Positions 27,377 through 36,029 of a stretch of DNA of 64,000 nt are shown here, piece by piece (the first letter of the stretch is position 1; the number at the start of each line of letters is the position of its first letter). The notes under the pieces were generated by a model that did no database searches, was not told the DNA's origin, and saw only the letters and a program-made list of their open reading frames with translations. Made by a program: the position numbers and the translations under genes. The stretch is from a virus, in IMG/VR virus record IMGVR_UViG_3300036715_002842, positions 41,576 through 105,575 of that record; one strand, given 5' to 3'.

Positions 27377-27832
27377 ATGTCGCTCAAGTTAACATTCGTC
27401 ACGGGATTTGATACAGCCATTCGCAAGAAACGGCTGGCAGGTCTTCTTGACATCAAAGCATTTCTGGATGACTTTGATGTTGCAGGCTACCAGGACAATC
27501 TTCCTATCCTGGAAGCAATCGGTAACGAGTTGGCATCTTTCTACGCAACAACCAGCACCAATCCCTATGTCATGGACAGCTTGACCAAGCAGTTTCTGGC
27601 GAGCTTAGAAGTCCTCAAAGAGAAGCATCACAAGGGGTCCTTCAATTCCTTGACAAAGTGTGTCGCTCAATTGAAGCCTGAACTTTCAAAAATTGTCTCC
27701 GATGAGCTCTCGAAATTGGAGAGCCCTCACACCACAATTACCGTTACAGGGACGAAAAAGTCCGAAGACAGTGCTTCAACCGAGCAACCAGCACCTGAAG
27801 GTAAATTGATCATCCAACGAAAGTCCCTGTAA
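27377..27832 (+). CDS. Hypothetical protein
   Basis: 151-aa ORF between the sheath and tube genes. Confidence 0.65.
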   Translation: MSLKLTFVTGFDTAIRKKRLAGLLDIKAFLDDFDVAGYQDNLPILEAIGNELASFYATTSTNPYVMDSLTKQFLASLEVLKEKHHKGSFNSLTKCVAQLKPELSKIVSDELSKLESPHTTITVTGTKKSEDSASTEQPAPEGKLIIQRKSL

Positions 27833-27852
27833 AATTGGGATAGGAGGACCTC

Positions 27853-28365
27853 ATGCCAGCAAGAAATGACTTTGGCGTCACAGTTCCGGCTGTAGCGCTT
27901 AACATCACCAAGACCTATCACGGGCTCACCATCATCAGTGAAACTGGACAGATCGTCGGCCGCGTGCAGACTTACACTCCCAAGTTCGCTGAGCGCGATG
28001 TAACCCTGGTGTACGAGCTGAACGCTTACACCTGGGGACGCCCGATCGACAACGTGCCCGGCGTGGAAAAGGGTCGTACCCTCTCCGTGCATCGGATCGA
28101 AGTCTGGGACGAAGAGATGGAACTGGCCTTCGGTGGCGCAGAAGACAACTCTCGTAACGGCGGCGTCGAGTGGATCGACCTGTGCGAACAGACACAGCCC
28201 TTCATCTTCCAGGAAGCCATCTTCCGTGGTAACTCCCGCTACCGTTCGTGGGAATACCTCGGATGCTGGTTCACGAGCAAGGACATTGATGCCTACAACG
28301 CAACCGGAGACGCAAAGATCATCGCGACTTCGAACATGTCCTACGTGATTCGTCGTTCTCTGTAA
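27853..28365 (+). CDS. Tail tube protein
   Basis: 170 aa; VGRVQT..P...R....YEL, L.EQ..PF, YLGCWF tube-type pattern. Confidence 0.7.
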   Translation: MPARNDFGVTVPAVALNITKTYHGLTIISETGQIVGRVQTYTPKFAERDVTLVYELNAYTWGRPIDNVPGVEKGRTLSVHRIEVWDEEMELAFGGAEDNSRNGGVEWIDLCEQTQPFIFQEAIFRGNSRYRSWEYLGCWFTSKDIDAYNATGDAKIIATSNMSYVIRRSL

Positions 28366-28376
28366 AGGATCTCGCC

Positions 28377-29738
28377 GTGGTACAACAGCTGTTCGCAGGT
28401 AAGCCTCCCAAGCAGGTCGTCAAGAGGACGGCTAGCACTTACTGGGATCAGGTTGGTAAGTACCAGGACCTATACAATGAGCTCTTCCAACAACTCGTTC
28501 CTTCCGCTGGCAAGTGTGCAACGGTTGAAGGGGAGCTCCTTCGTGCGGCAAGCAAGATCTACTACGACTACTACAACAACGGATTCGGCAACAACTGGTC
28601 TGGTCCGTGGCGGTTCCTTGAGACTTTCGCCGGAAAGCTGGATCTTTACAAGGAACTGGAAACCCTGAAGCCGTACGCTCATGGTCGCATGACCCAGAAC
28701 CGGGCGGTAGATTCCGCTTTGGATTCTCTGGTCGACAAGGTGATGGAGTACCTACAGAGCAAGAACGGAGAATTCTCTCCAAACTCTTCCGACATGTGGG
28801 ATCTTCAGGAACGAGAGGATGTCGGAGAACCGGAATTCCTTGACGATGATAAGGACTACGAAGCTACCGCCCGTAAGATCCTTACCGCGTCTTACAAGTT
28901 CAAGCTTCGGAAGGCAGATGACCTTTCTTGGGGTGAGAAAGACAAGATCGAAGCCTATGGCGTCAAAGGCATGAAGTCTACCCCCTGGCGTAAGGTTTTC
29001 AAGAATCAGAAAGAGTTCGAAAAGTGGCTGGACAAGAACGAGGGAAACGTTGAGGTCCAGGGAACCCGAAAGTACCTGGGCGCCATCGGGATGCCAACCG
29101 ATTTTTCTGACCGACATCCACTGGAGACTTCCAAAACTGAGAGATGTAGTAAAGAAGATCTTTATAAAGTAGTACAATTACTGAATAAAAATGGTTTCCA
29201 AGCTGAACTAGATATTCGGATAGATAGAGGCGAAGAAGATGTAATATCTATGAAATCTGATAAAACCAAGATTCCATTAGAAGCATTCCAGCTTTTAATA
29301 AAAAATGGCTATTCTCCTTCGGCAGCAACCTACAGTAAGCGAAAAGAAGGCTATAAAATCAAGTTTTTAGTTTGGAACATGAAACCTCACCCCGCAGAGA
29401 AGCGGAAAGCTGCGAATTGGATCTACACCATCGATCTCTCCAGACCCTGGGAAGTACTGGACATGCTCCAGGAAGAGGATGCACCGGCCGAGTCCAAGAT
29501 CAAAGCCGAGTTCCGAAACATCGCAGACATTCTTGACAAGGTACCCGACGCTCTGAGAGTTCCTGGTCGTGGGTTACTAAATCTACACGACGATGTTGCG
29601 GATCTAGTTGAGACCCTGAGAGGGCTTGCTGAGGGTGACAGTTCCTCTGATGAGCTGTTGGAAGAAGGAAACCGGATTCTTCAGGAATTGTACGACTGGG
29701 CGGATTTGGTAAAGGTCTGGATCAAAACAACCATCTGA
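28377..29738 (+). CDS. Modular hypothetical protein, probable internal head protein
   Basis: EGELLRAASKIYYDYYNNG module; repeated K/R-x-A-S linkers. Confidence 0.55.
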   Translation: MVQQLFAGKPPKQVVKRTASTYWDQVGKYQDLYNELFQQLVPSAGKCATVEGELLRAASKIYYDYYNNGFGNNWSGPWRFLETFAGKLDLYKELETLKPYAHGRMTQNRAVDSALDSLVDKVMEYLQSKNGEFSPNSSDMWDLQEREDVGEPEFLDDDKDYEATARKILTASYKFKLRKADDLSWGEKDKIEAYGVKGMKSTPWRKVFKNQKEFEKWLDKNEGNVEVQGTRKYLGAIGMPTDFSDRHPLETSKTERCSKEDLYKVVQLLNKNGFQAELDIRIDRGEEDVISMKSDKTKIPLEAFQLLIKNGYSPSAATYSKRKEGYKIKFLVWNMKPHPAEKRKAANWIYTIDLSRPWEVLDMLQEEDAPAESKIKAEFRNIADILDKVPDALRVPGRGLLNLHDDVADLVETLRGLAEGDSSSDELLEEGNRILQELYDWADLVKVWIKTTI

Positions 29739-29747
29739 GGTGAGTCT

Positions 29748-30830
29748 ATGCCTTGGTCAGAAAACGATTACCCAGACTCAATGAAGAACCTCAGTCCAGC
29801 GGTTCGGAAAGACGCAATTGAAATCGCTAACGCAATTCTGAAAGACGGTGGGGATGATGGAGTAGCAATCGCCACTGGTATCAAACAAGCGAAAAAGAAA
29901 CATCACACTTCAGGGGTGCCAATGTATTACGACATGAGAAAGAAAGCCGCAGAAAAGTGCGAGAACGACAAGTCCTTAGCCAAAGAAACCCCACTCGATG
30001 GTGGCAAGGTCGTGGATAATCCCGCGAAAATCAAGGACCTGAAGGATATTCCAATCGAGAAAGTTGGTGGGGAGACTAAGGTCTGCCCGAACTGTGGTGG
30101 TAAGGGATGCGAAGTCTGTGAAGCTGAAGGTGGCAAGTTTAAGAAGGGGGATGGCGCAGTTGTAGCCGACTCGGAAGGTTCCGAGGGTCCTGGCCTCCAG
30201 AGCTTCAACAACAGCTTAACCAACGGTGGACCTGCTGGAAGCCCCAACGCAAACCAACTAGCACCAGTTCTTGGCCCGAAGGTTTCTTACTACGATGTGC
30301 GCAAGACTGCTGGAGATCGAGATCTGGCTTTTGATAAAGGTTTCATTAACTGGTGGATTAAAACTCATGGAGAAACTTTTAAAGAGATGTCAGGTGCAAC
30401 CGAAGTAAACTATGAAATTGCCCAGAATTTCCTTAACTCCGGAACCGACGAGAGGCATTATAAGGAACTGGTGAAGGAATATAACAGAAAGTCAAAAGCT
30501 TCCGTTTCTTATTATGACCTGCGCCCCAAGAAGGCCACAGTGGAGACGGTTGCAGGTGAGAGTCCTCTTCGTCAGGTTCGTCAGATGCTGACCCAGGCCG
30601 CTAGCCGGATTGAGCAGCTCCGCAATAGTCCAGAAGCCAAGTTCGAAGAAGGTGAAGCTGCCGCTCTTGCAAAGGCAGAAGATCTAGTCGAGAAGGCACG
30701 TAAGATTCTCTTCGATGCACAGATCGATCCACCCGCACGTAAGATCAACGAAGAAGCACCCATCACTGAAACTGCTGTCGAACCCCCAGTTGCTGAGCCA
30801 GCACTAGTGGCAGAACCCTCAAAGGTGTAA
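29748..30830 (+). CDS. Modular hypothetical protein with an N-terminus of the type found in DUF2188-associated proteins
   Basis: MPWSENDYPDSMKNL...AIEIANAIL...AIATGIKQAK; CPNCGGKGCEVC; three YYD(M/V/L)R repeats. Confidence 0.6.
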   Translation: MPWSENDYPDSMKNLSPAVRKDAIEIANAILKDGGDDGVAIATGIKQAKKKHHTSGVPMYYDMRKKAAEKCENDKSLAKETPLDGGKVVDNPAKIKDLKDIPIEKVGGETKVCPNCGGKGCEVCEAEGGKFKKGDGAVVADSEGSEGPGLQSFNNSLTNGGPAGSPNANQLAPVLGPKVSYYDVRKTAGDRDLAFDKGFINWWIKTHGETFKEMSGATEVNYEIAQNFLNSGTDERHYKELVKEYNRKSKASVSYYDLRPKKATVETVAGESPLRQVRQMLTQAASRIEQLRNSPEAKFEEGEAAALAKAEDLVEKARKILFDAQIDPPARKINEEAPITETAVEPPVAEPALVAEPSKV

Positions 30831-30831
30831 C

Positions 30832-31083
30832 ATGAAGCTCCACATCAAAGCTGGGCTGAAAAAGAAATCCAACATGGATATCGGTCGTCTGGAAGAGATT
30901 CGGGACGAAGTGATCGAACTGATGGATGAAGCCCGGCGTCTGATCCGTGGAACAGATGAAGAGGGCAGATTCAAGGGTTACGTGTATGGTCACGTTCTGA
31001 GCGCTATGGGGCACGAGTCCTACCCAGAGCATTCCCCAACCCTCGAACGCATCATTCAAGCCCTGGAGCACCCAGAGGAGTAG
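30832..31083 (+). CDS. Hypothetical protein
   Basis: 83-aa ORF in the operon. Confidence 0.6.
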   Translation: MKLHIKAGLKKKSNMDIGRLEEIRDEVIELMDEARRLIRGTDEEGRFKGYVYGHVLSAMGHESYPEHSPTLERIIQALEHPEE

Positions 31084-31086
31084 TAG

Positions 31087-31485
31087 TTGGCCTTCGCCTA
31101 CAAGAACCTCGTCAAAACGCCCATCTCAAAACTGAAGGTGGGCGATTTGATTTTCGGCTCTGGTGGCATGGGTCAAGACAGTTTCGATGATGTCAAGATC
31201 GAACGTGCAGAAGATGAACATGGAGCCTCTTTTCAGCTTCTTCTGAGATTCTACCGAATTCTCAAGATCAATCCTTCTAGCTTCTGGATTCTTGATGTAC
31301 TAGAGCGCAAGCGTTACAAGATGGCTCGATGGTACTGGGATGGTTCCGGAGAAATGGTTGTTCGAAAGGTTCCCGAAAAATACAAAAAAGAGGTTGAATC
31401 CGAGCTGGTTGACTCGGCTTTACAATACCGGTTGGAGAATAATTTAACAAAACCGGTTGCATCTGTCCGGATTTCCATACGTTGA
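31087..31485 (+). CDS. Hypothetical protein
   Basis: TTG start after SD GAGGAG. Confidence 0.6.
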   Translation: MAFAYKNLVKTPISKLKVGDLIFGSGGMGQDSFDDVKIERAEDEHGASFQLLLRFYRILKINPSSFWILDVLERKRYKMARWYWDGSGEMVVRKVPEKYKKEVESELVDSALQYRLENNLTKPVASVRISIR

Positions 31486-31510
31486 CTACTTTTCACGTGG
31501 TTAACAATCC

Positions 31511-34500
31511 ATGATGGATCTCGTAACGCTTACACAACAACGTTTGGACTACCTCCAAGCCTACATCGATCTCGTGCCAGAAGAGTTCAAGAGTAAGGAC
31601 TTTGAGTACGACTACACCCGAGGGTACGACTGCCTAGTTTCCCTTGACATGCCTCTTGCAAACGTTCCAGAGTGGGCCGGTGCATGGATAAACCTCGCAA
31701 GGTGGAACTGTGGGGTCTTACCGGGTGTTCAGCAACTCCAGACTCCAGAACAGAAGACCCAGTTCAATAAACTTCGTAAGACAGTCCTTTCCATCCTCAG
31801 TTATATTCTGAACGACACGAACTTTCCAGCGATCACAACCATCCTGGATCGTATTCCACGAGCGATGGGCAGAAATCAGTGGATTACAGATTTTCTCCGA
31901 GAGGATCAGATTGTGGTGGTGAATCAGGCTAGGCAGTATCTGGCCTACAATGCCGCCTCCTACACCCAGACCTTCTATCAGACCAAAGAAGAATTTTCGA
32001 GGATTTACCCGAATCTAAAATCTTTTCTGAACACACCGGTTTTGATGCAAGATCTCAACAACGTGAATCTTGTTGAGGCTCCGACGGGTACAGGCAAGAC
32101 GAGGATCAGCATCGTCGCCAACATGAACCGGTTCAGCTGGACTAACGATCTGGCAGTGAATACCGTTGCATCCGACCAACTGTTAGTGTTTGTTAGAACT
32201 CGAAGCCAGACCCAGTCCTTTATCAAGGAGTCCAACCGGCTTGGACTTACCGTGGCATGCCCCATTTCACAGGGTTTGGGTTGCGATGCTCACAATACCA
32301 CAAACCGCCTACTGTTAGCGAACCTCGAGAACATTATCTACCGAACTTCGAACAAGCACAGCTACGCAGAGATCTGGGTTCCAAGAGCAGTTCCGATTGA
32401 GCTTTACGATTACAACTTGAATCAGGAATCTACCGAGACTTCTTCGTTTGGTAGGATGCTTCGGAAGGTCATTGAGATTGGTCTGAACCATACGGACCTG
32501 AAACCTTTTCTGGCTGAAGTGAAGAAAGCCGGAATCGGTAACGCTCTGATGGAGTGCTTCCGGAACAAGGACTTGAAGAAGGACATGCAAGAATATTTGT
32601 CCAGCACCACCCAGAAGTGTGCCTCTTGCAAGGCAGGTCAGCTCAGCATCGAGAAGGATGTGAAGAAACACGATCTCCAGGATCTCCCCTACTTCCCACA
32701 ACTGAAGTCCGATTTCTTCGATTTCAGCAAAGCGGGCAAGAATGTGGATATCAACTTCCTGGCTCACTTCTACCAGAATGAACGTGGATGGTGTGGTCGT
32801 AAGGAGAGTCAGGAGAACCTGGACAAGAAGGATGTGCTGATTCTGACCTACAATTGGTTGACCGATGTTGATCTGTCGGCTCAGCTTATTAAGAGGTTCG
32901 AGAAGGTATACCTTGATGACGACAATCCTGACCATGACTTCCAAATCCTTGAAAAAGCGGTAATTTGCGATGAGGCTCATACCCTCTACAACTACAACTA
33001 TACCTTCTCGTTTGGTTTCTCAAACCTTATTCAGACGGTTGTAGATCTCCAACGCCTGAAATTGCTCCTGAGCTATCCCTCTTTCAAGTTGAAAGGGATG
33101 GACATGATGGTAGCAAATCCTTACTTCAGCAAACACTTCAAGCCCCTAAGACTTGAAGTTCCGGTGAATGGCAAGGAGAAGTTCATTGTTGATGATGTCG
33201 AGGGTTACTACGCAGGTATCTGGCATACCCTGCACAGCATCAACGAGGGCATCTACCAGGTCTTGAACCAGCTCAACTTCACCAAGAACGATCGTCCAAT
33301 GATCGCAAACCTCTATCAAGCGCTGATAGGTGGTGGCTACGGTCTACCCTGGAAGATCTACAGTTGTTTTGACGACCCGGTCTCCACATTCAAGATGGAT
33401 TACGAGATGGGTGACCACGCGGCCAAGGTGATGGCATGCTATACCCAGATGAATGAGGTCTACACCCAACTGGACTATCTCACAACCACTCTGGAATTGG
33501 ATAAGAAGACCCGTGAGGCCGACATCCAAACACTCCTGAAAGAGGAATCCGTCGCTGGTGGACCTTGGGTTCGGGATTACCGAAAAGCCTGGCAAACTTT
33601 CCCAGATCGGGATAAGGTGACCATTCGGAAGTACGTGAATCACCTGGAGCATCTCTACGTAGATCCCATTAGAGATCTTGCGAAGATTGCTGCGGAAACT
33701 CGCGATTTCTTGTTACTGTCACTTGAGGTCCTTTACAGTGGTTCTGGAGACAAGACCAGAATCCTCGCGGTAGGTTCGGAAGACGATGACAAGAACGGTC
33801 TGGACTACAGACCATTCGATAAGTTCAGGCTAGTTGGGCTCGAATCTCCCATGGAAATGAACCCAGCGTTCATCGAGGCAACTTTCAAGTCATACAAGTT
33901 CTACGATCTGTACAATACCAAGGGAAACATCTACATCGACTCCTGCCGTTTCCGTGGTTACTACAAGAAGGTTAGTTGTAGCCTGAAGGTAAATCGACCT
34001 GCAATCCAGTGGGCGCTCCGGCCTTACTCCTACGTGACATTCCTGACTGGAACCGCTCCAGCGCCTACTATCTGGAAGAGTAAGTCTGGATTCAATCAAT
34101 TCAACGTTAGCACCTACCCAGTTCAGAAAAATCCCTTCGAATACGAGTTCGTTGCGGATGTCACCCTTACTTACGCCAATAGATCAAGGGACAACTATAA
34201 GAAGCTGGCTACGAATATTTTTAAGCGAACCCAGGCAAAGCAGACTTTGGTGTGCTATCCTAGTGGAAAGGTCCTCGAGGATATTCGGAAGATCTACGAA
34301 GAGGATTGCACGGAGTTTCCGGGCTACTTAGATGCAAATCTCTTCGAAACCAAGGGGGCGAAACTTTCCTTGGATGACATCCAAAAGTATGTAGAAGGCC
34401 AGAAAGATGGAGCAGTTCACGTAGTTATGGGTGGAAAATACGTGGAAGGTATCGAGTTTACGGACGATACAGGGAGCAGTTTGATCAAGCAGGTTATCAT

Positions 34501-34744
34501 TGTAGGAGTTCCATTTAATCCTCCCTCTGAAGAGCTTACCCAGGTGGAAGAATACTATCAGAAGGTGTTCGGTTGGAACCCTTGGGATTGCCGTGCTGCT
34601 TTCTGGTATGGTCCGGTCAAAGAGAAGGTTTTGCAGGCAAGAGGCCGTTCTGTCCGAAATCTTACAGATAGAGCGAAAATTGTCTTCATGGATAGTAGAT
34701 ATGTTACAGACAATACACTAAGAACCGCGTTAAACCTTCTCTAA
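31511..34744 (+). CDS. DinG/Rad3/XPD-family SF2 helicase
   Basis: EAPTGTGKT, ICDEAH, GGKYVEGIEF, VIIVGVPF, QARGRSVR, MDSRY. Confidence 0.85.
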   Translation: MMDLVTLTQQRLDYLQAYIDLVPEEFKSKDFEYDYTRGYDCLVSLDMPLANVPEWAGAWINLARWNCGVLPGVQQLQTPEQKTQFNKLRKTVLSILSYILNDTNFPAITTILDRIPRAMGRNQWITDFLREDQIVVVNQARQYLAYNAASYTQTFYQTKEEFSRIYPNLKSFLNTPVLMQDLNNVNLVEAPTGTGKTRISIVANMNRFSWTNDLAVNTVASDQLLVFVRTRSQTQSFIKESNRLGLTVACPISQGLGCDAHNTTNRLLLANLENIIYRTSNKHSYAEIWVPRAVPIELYDYNLNQESTETSSFGRMLRKVIEIGLNHTDLKPFLAEVKKAGIGNALMECFRNKDLKKDMQEYLSSTTQKCASCKAGQLSIEKDVKKHDLQDLPYFPQLKSDFFDFSKAGKNVDINFLAHFYQNERGWCGRKESQENLDKKDVLILTYNWLTDVDLSAQLIKRFEKVYLDDDNPDHDFQILEKAVICDEAHTLYNYNYTFSFGFSNLIQTVVDLQRLKLLLSYPSFKLKGMDMMVANPYFSKHFKPLRLEVPVNGKEKFIVDDVEGYYAGIWHTLHSINEGIYQVLNQLNFTKNDRPMIANLYQALIGGGYGLPWKIYSCFDDPVSTFKMDYEMGDHAAKVMACYTQMNEVYTQLDYLTTTLELDKKTREADIQTLLKEESVAGGPWVRDYRKAWQTFPDRDKVTIRKYVNHLEHLYVDPIRDLAKIAAETRDFLLLSLEVLYSGSGDKTRILAVGSEDDDKNGLDYRPFDKFRLVGLESPMEMNPAFIEATFKSYKFYDLYNTKGNIYIDSCRFRGYYKKVSCSLKVNRPAIQWALRPYSYVTFLTGTAPAPTIWKSKSGFNQFNVSTYPVQKNPFEYEFVADVTLTYANRSRDNYKKLATNIFKRTQAKQTLVCYPSGKVLEDIRKIYEEDCTEFPGYLDANLFETKGAKLSLDDIQKYVEGQKDGAVHVVMGGKYVEGIEFTDDTGSSLIKQVIIVGVPFNPPSEELTQVEEYYQKVFGWNPWDCRAAFWYGPVKEKVLQARGRSVRNLTDRAKIVFMDSRYVTDNTLRTALNLL

Positions 34745-34754
34745 GAGGTAATCC

Positions 34755-34925
34755 ATGGCTGTACTGTGTCAAGTGATTGGTCCTGAGGATCTGGATGTCC
34801 AGGTCTCCTTCGAACTTCCTCCGCTAGCAGGGGATGAGGTTCAGATTACGGAAAAGGTCTTTAAAGTTCTTCGTCGTCGCTGGATTCTCGGTCAAGAGCC
34901 CAGCCTCATCCTCACTGTGGAGTAA
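34755..34925 (+). CDS. Small hypothetical protein (56 aa)
   Basis: Hand-translated MAVLCQVIGPEDL...; SD GAGG; fills the gap before folE. Confidence 0.55.
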   Translation: MAVLCQVIGPEDLDVQVSFELPPLAGDEVQITEKVFKVLRRRWILGQEPSLILTVE

Positions 34926-34928
34926 TAC

Positions 34929-35579
34929 ATGTCAACAGACCAAACTGTCGTGGTAGCCTTGAATGGCACCAAGAGCACCCTCTCCAACAGAATTTCCAAG
35001 ATCAAGCTGAAAGCGGCCACGAAAGGCATTCGTGCTCTTCTGGAAGTGATTGGAGAGAACCCAGATCGTGAAGGTCTCTTGAAGACTCCACATCGCGTTG
35101 TAAAGGCTCTCCTCGAACAGACTGAGGGCTTGACCATGGACCCGATCTCAGCTCTGGGTACGGTCTTCAAGGAAGACATTCACTACGACGAGATCATCCT
35201 GAAGAAGAACATCGAGTTCAATAGCCTCTGCGAACACCACCTGCTGAACTTCACCGGGCATGTGGACATCGCATACATTCCCAACCAGGAAATCGGTGTG
35301 GTGGGTCTTTCCAAGCTGAGCCGTGTGGTGGATGTCTTCGCCAAGCGCCCTCAGGTACAGGAACGTATGACAGTCCAGATCGCGGATGCAATCGAGCAAG
35401 CTCTGAAGCCCGCTGGCGTAGCAGTTCGTGTAACTGCCATGCATAGCTGCGTTCGTTGCCGTGGGGTCCAGAAGCAGAACACCGAGATGGTTACCCAGGT
35501 CCTTCGCGGGGAATTCCGTGAGAAGGCTGAGGTCCGTCAGGAGTTCAGCGATCTACTTCAAAACGGTGGAAATAAGTAA
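34929..35579 (+). CDS. folE: GTP cyclohydrolase I
   Basis: REGLLKTPHRV, SLCEHHL, GLSKLSR, RPQVQER, HSCVRCRG. Confidence 0.95.
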   Translation: MSTDQTVVVALNGTKSTLSNRISKIKLKAATKGIRALLEVIGENPDREGLLKTPHRVVKALLEQTEGLTMDPISALGTVFKEDIHYDEIILKKNIEFNSLCEHHLLNFTGHVDIAYIPNQEIGVVGLSKLSRVVDVFAKRPQVQERMTVQIADAIEQALKPAGVAVRVTAMHSCVRCRGVQKQNTEMVTQVLRGEFREKAEVRQEFSDLLQNGGNK

Positions 35580-35588
35580 GGGGCACCA

Positions 35589-35957
35589 ATGGGTGGAATC
35601 GCCGCAGGAAACCGCTTTCATCTAAAAGATGAAACTGGTAGGGTCCTGCACAAGACGGGGAACCTCGTTACCCTGAACAAGCTGGACCTTCACTACAAGA
35701 AGCTGGGCCAGAAGATCACGATGTGGGATTCCAAGTCCAACAGTGAAGCCTTCATCCCGGATAGCATTAAAAAAGGGGAACGGAAAGTAACCCTACCCCA
35801 AGCCGAAGTAGACTTTCAGATCTTTCCGGATTTCGTTATGATGCGAGTCAGCGATGGACCCTGGTGTACCCTGAGAGAAGACGATGCCAAAGTTTTTCGT
35901 ATGGTTTCTAACCGTTTGAGCGCCTTGGCATTGGCAAAGCAAATCCTCGAGAAGTAA
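35589..35957 (+). CDS. Hypothetical protein
   Basis: 122-aa ORF with SD. Confidence 0.6.
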   Translation: MGGIAAGNRFHLKDETGRVLHKTGNLVTLNKLDLHYKKLGQKITMWDSKSNSEAFIPDSIKKGERKVTLPQAEVDFQIFPDFVMMRVSDGPWCTLREDDAKVFRMVSNRLSALALAKQILEK

Positions 35958-35971
35958 AACTTGATTCCTCA

Positions 35972-36010
35972 AAATATGCCCTTGACAATTTAATGGTCAA
36001 GGGCATATTT
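35972..36010 (+). promoter_or_regulatory. Promoter inside a palindrome (15-bp arms, TTGAC-N9-GTCAA core)
   Basis: AAATATGCCCTTGAC-AATTTAATG-GTCAAGGGCATATTT. Confidence 0.75.
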
Positions 36011-36029
36011 ATTAGTGGGAGGAAAGTCC

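Noticed and set aside
31081-31089. Programmed read-through fusing 30832..31083 with 31087..31485 (TAG TAG TTG in frame)
   Set aside because: It needs two consecutive suppression events, and the downstream gene has its own GAGGAG SD. Coincidence is more likely, though worth a look given the suppressor tRNA.
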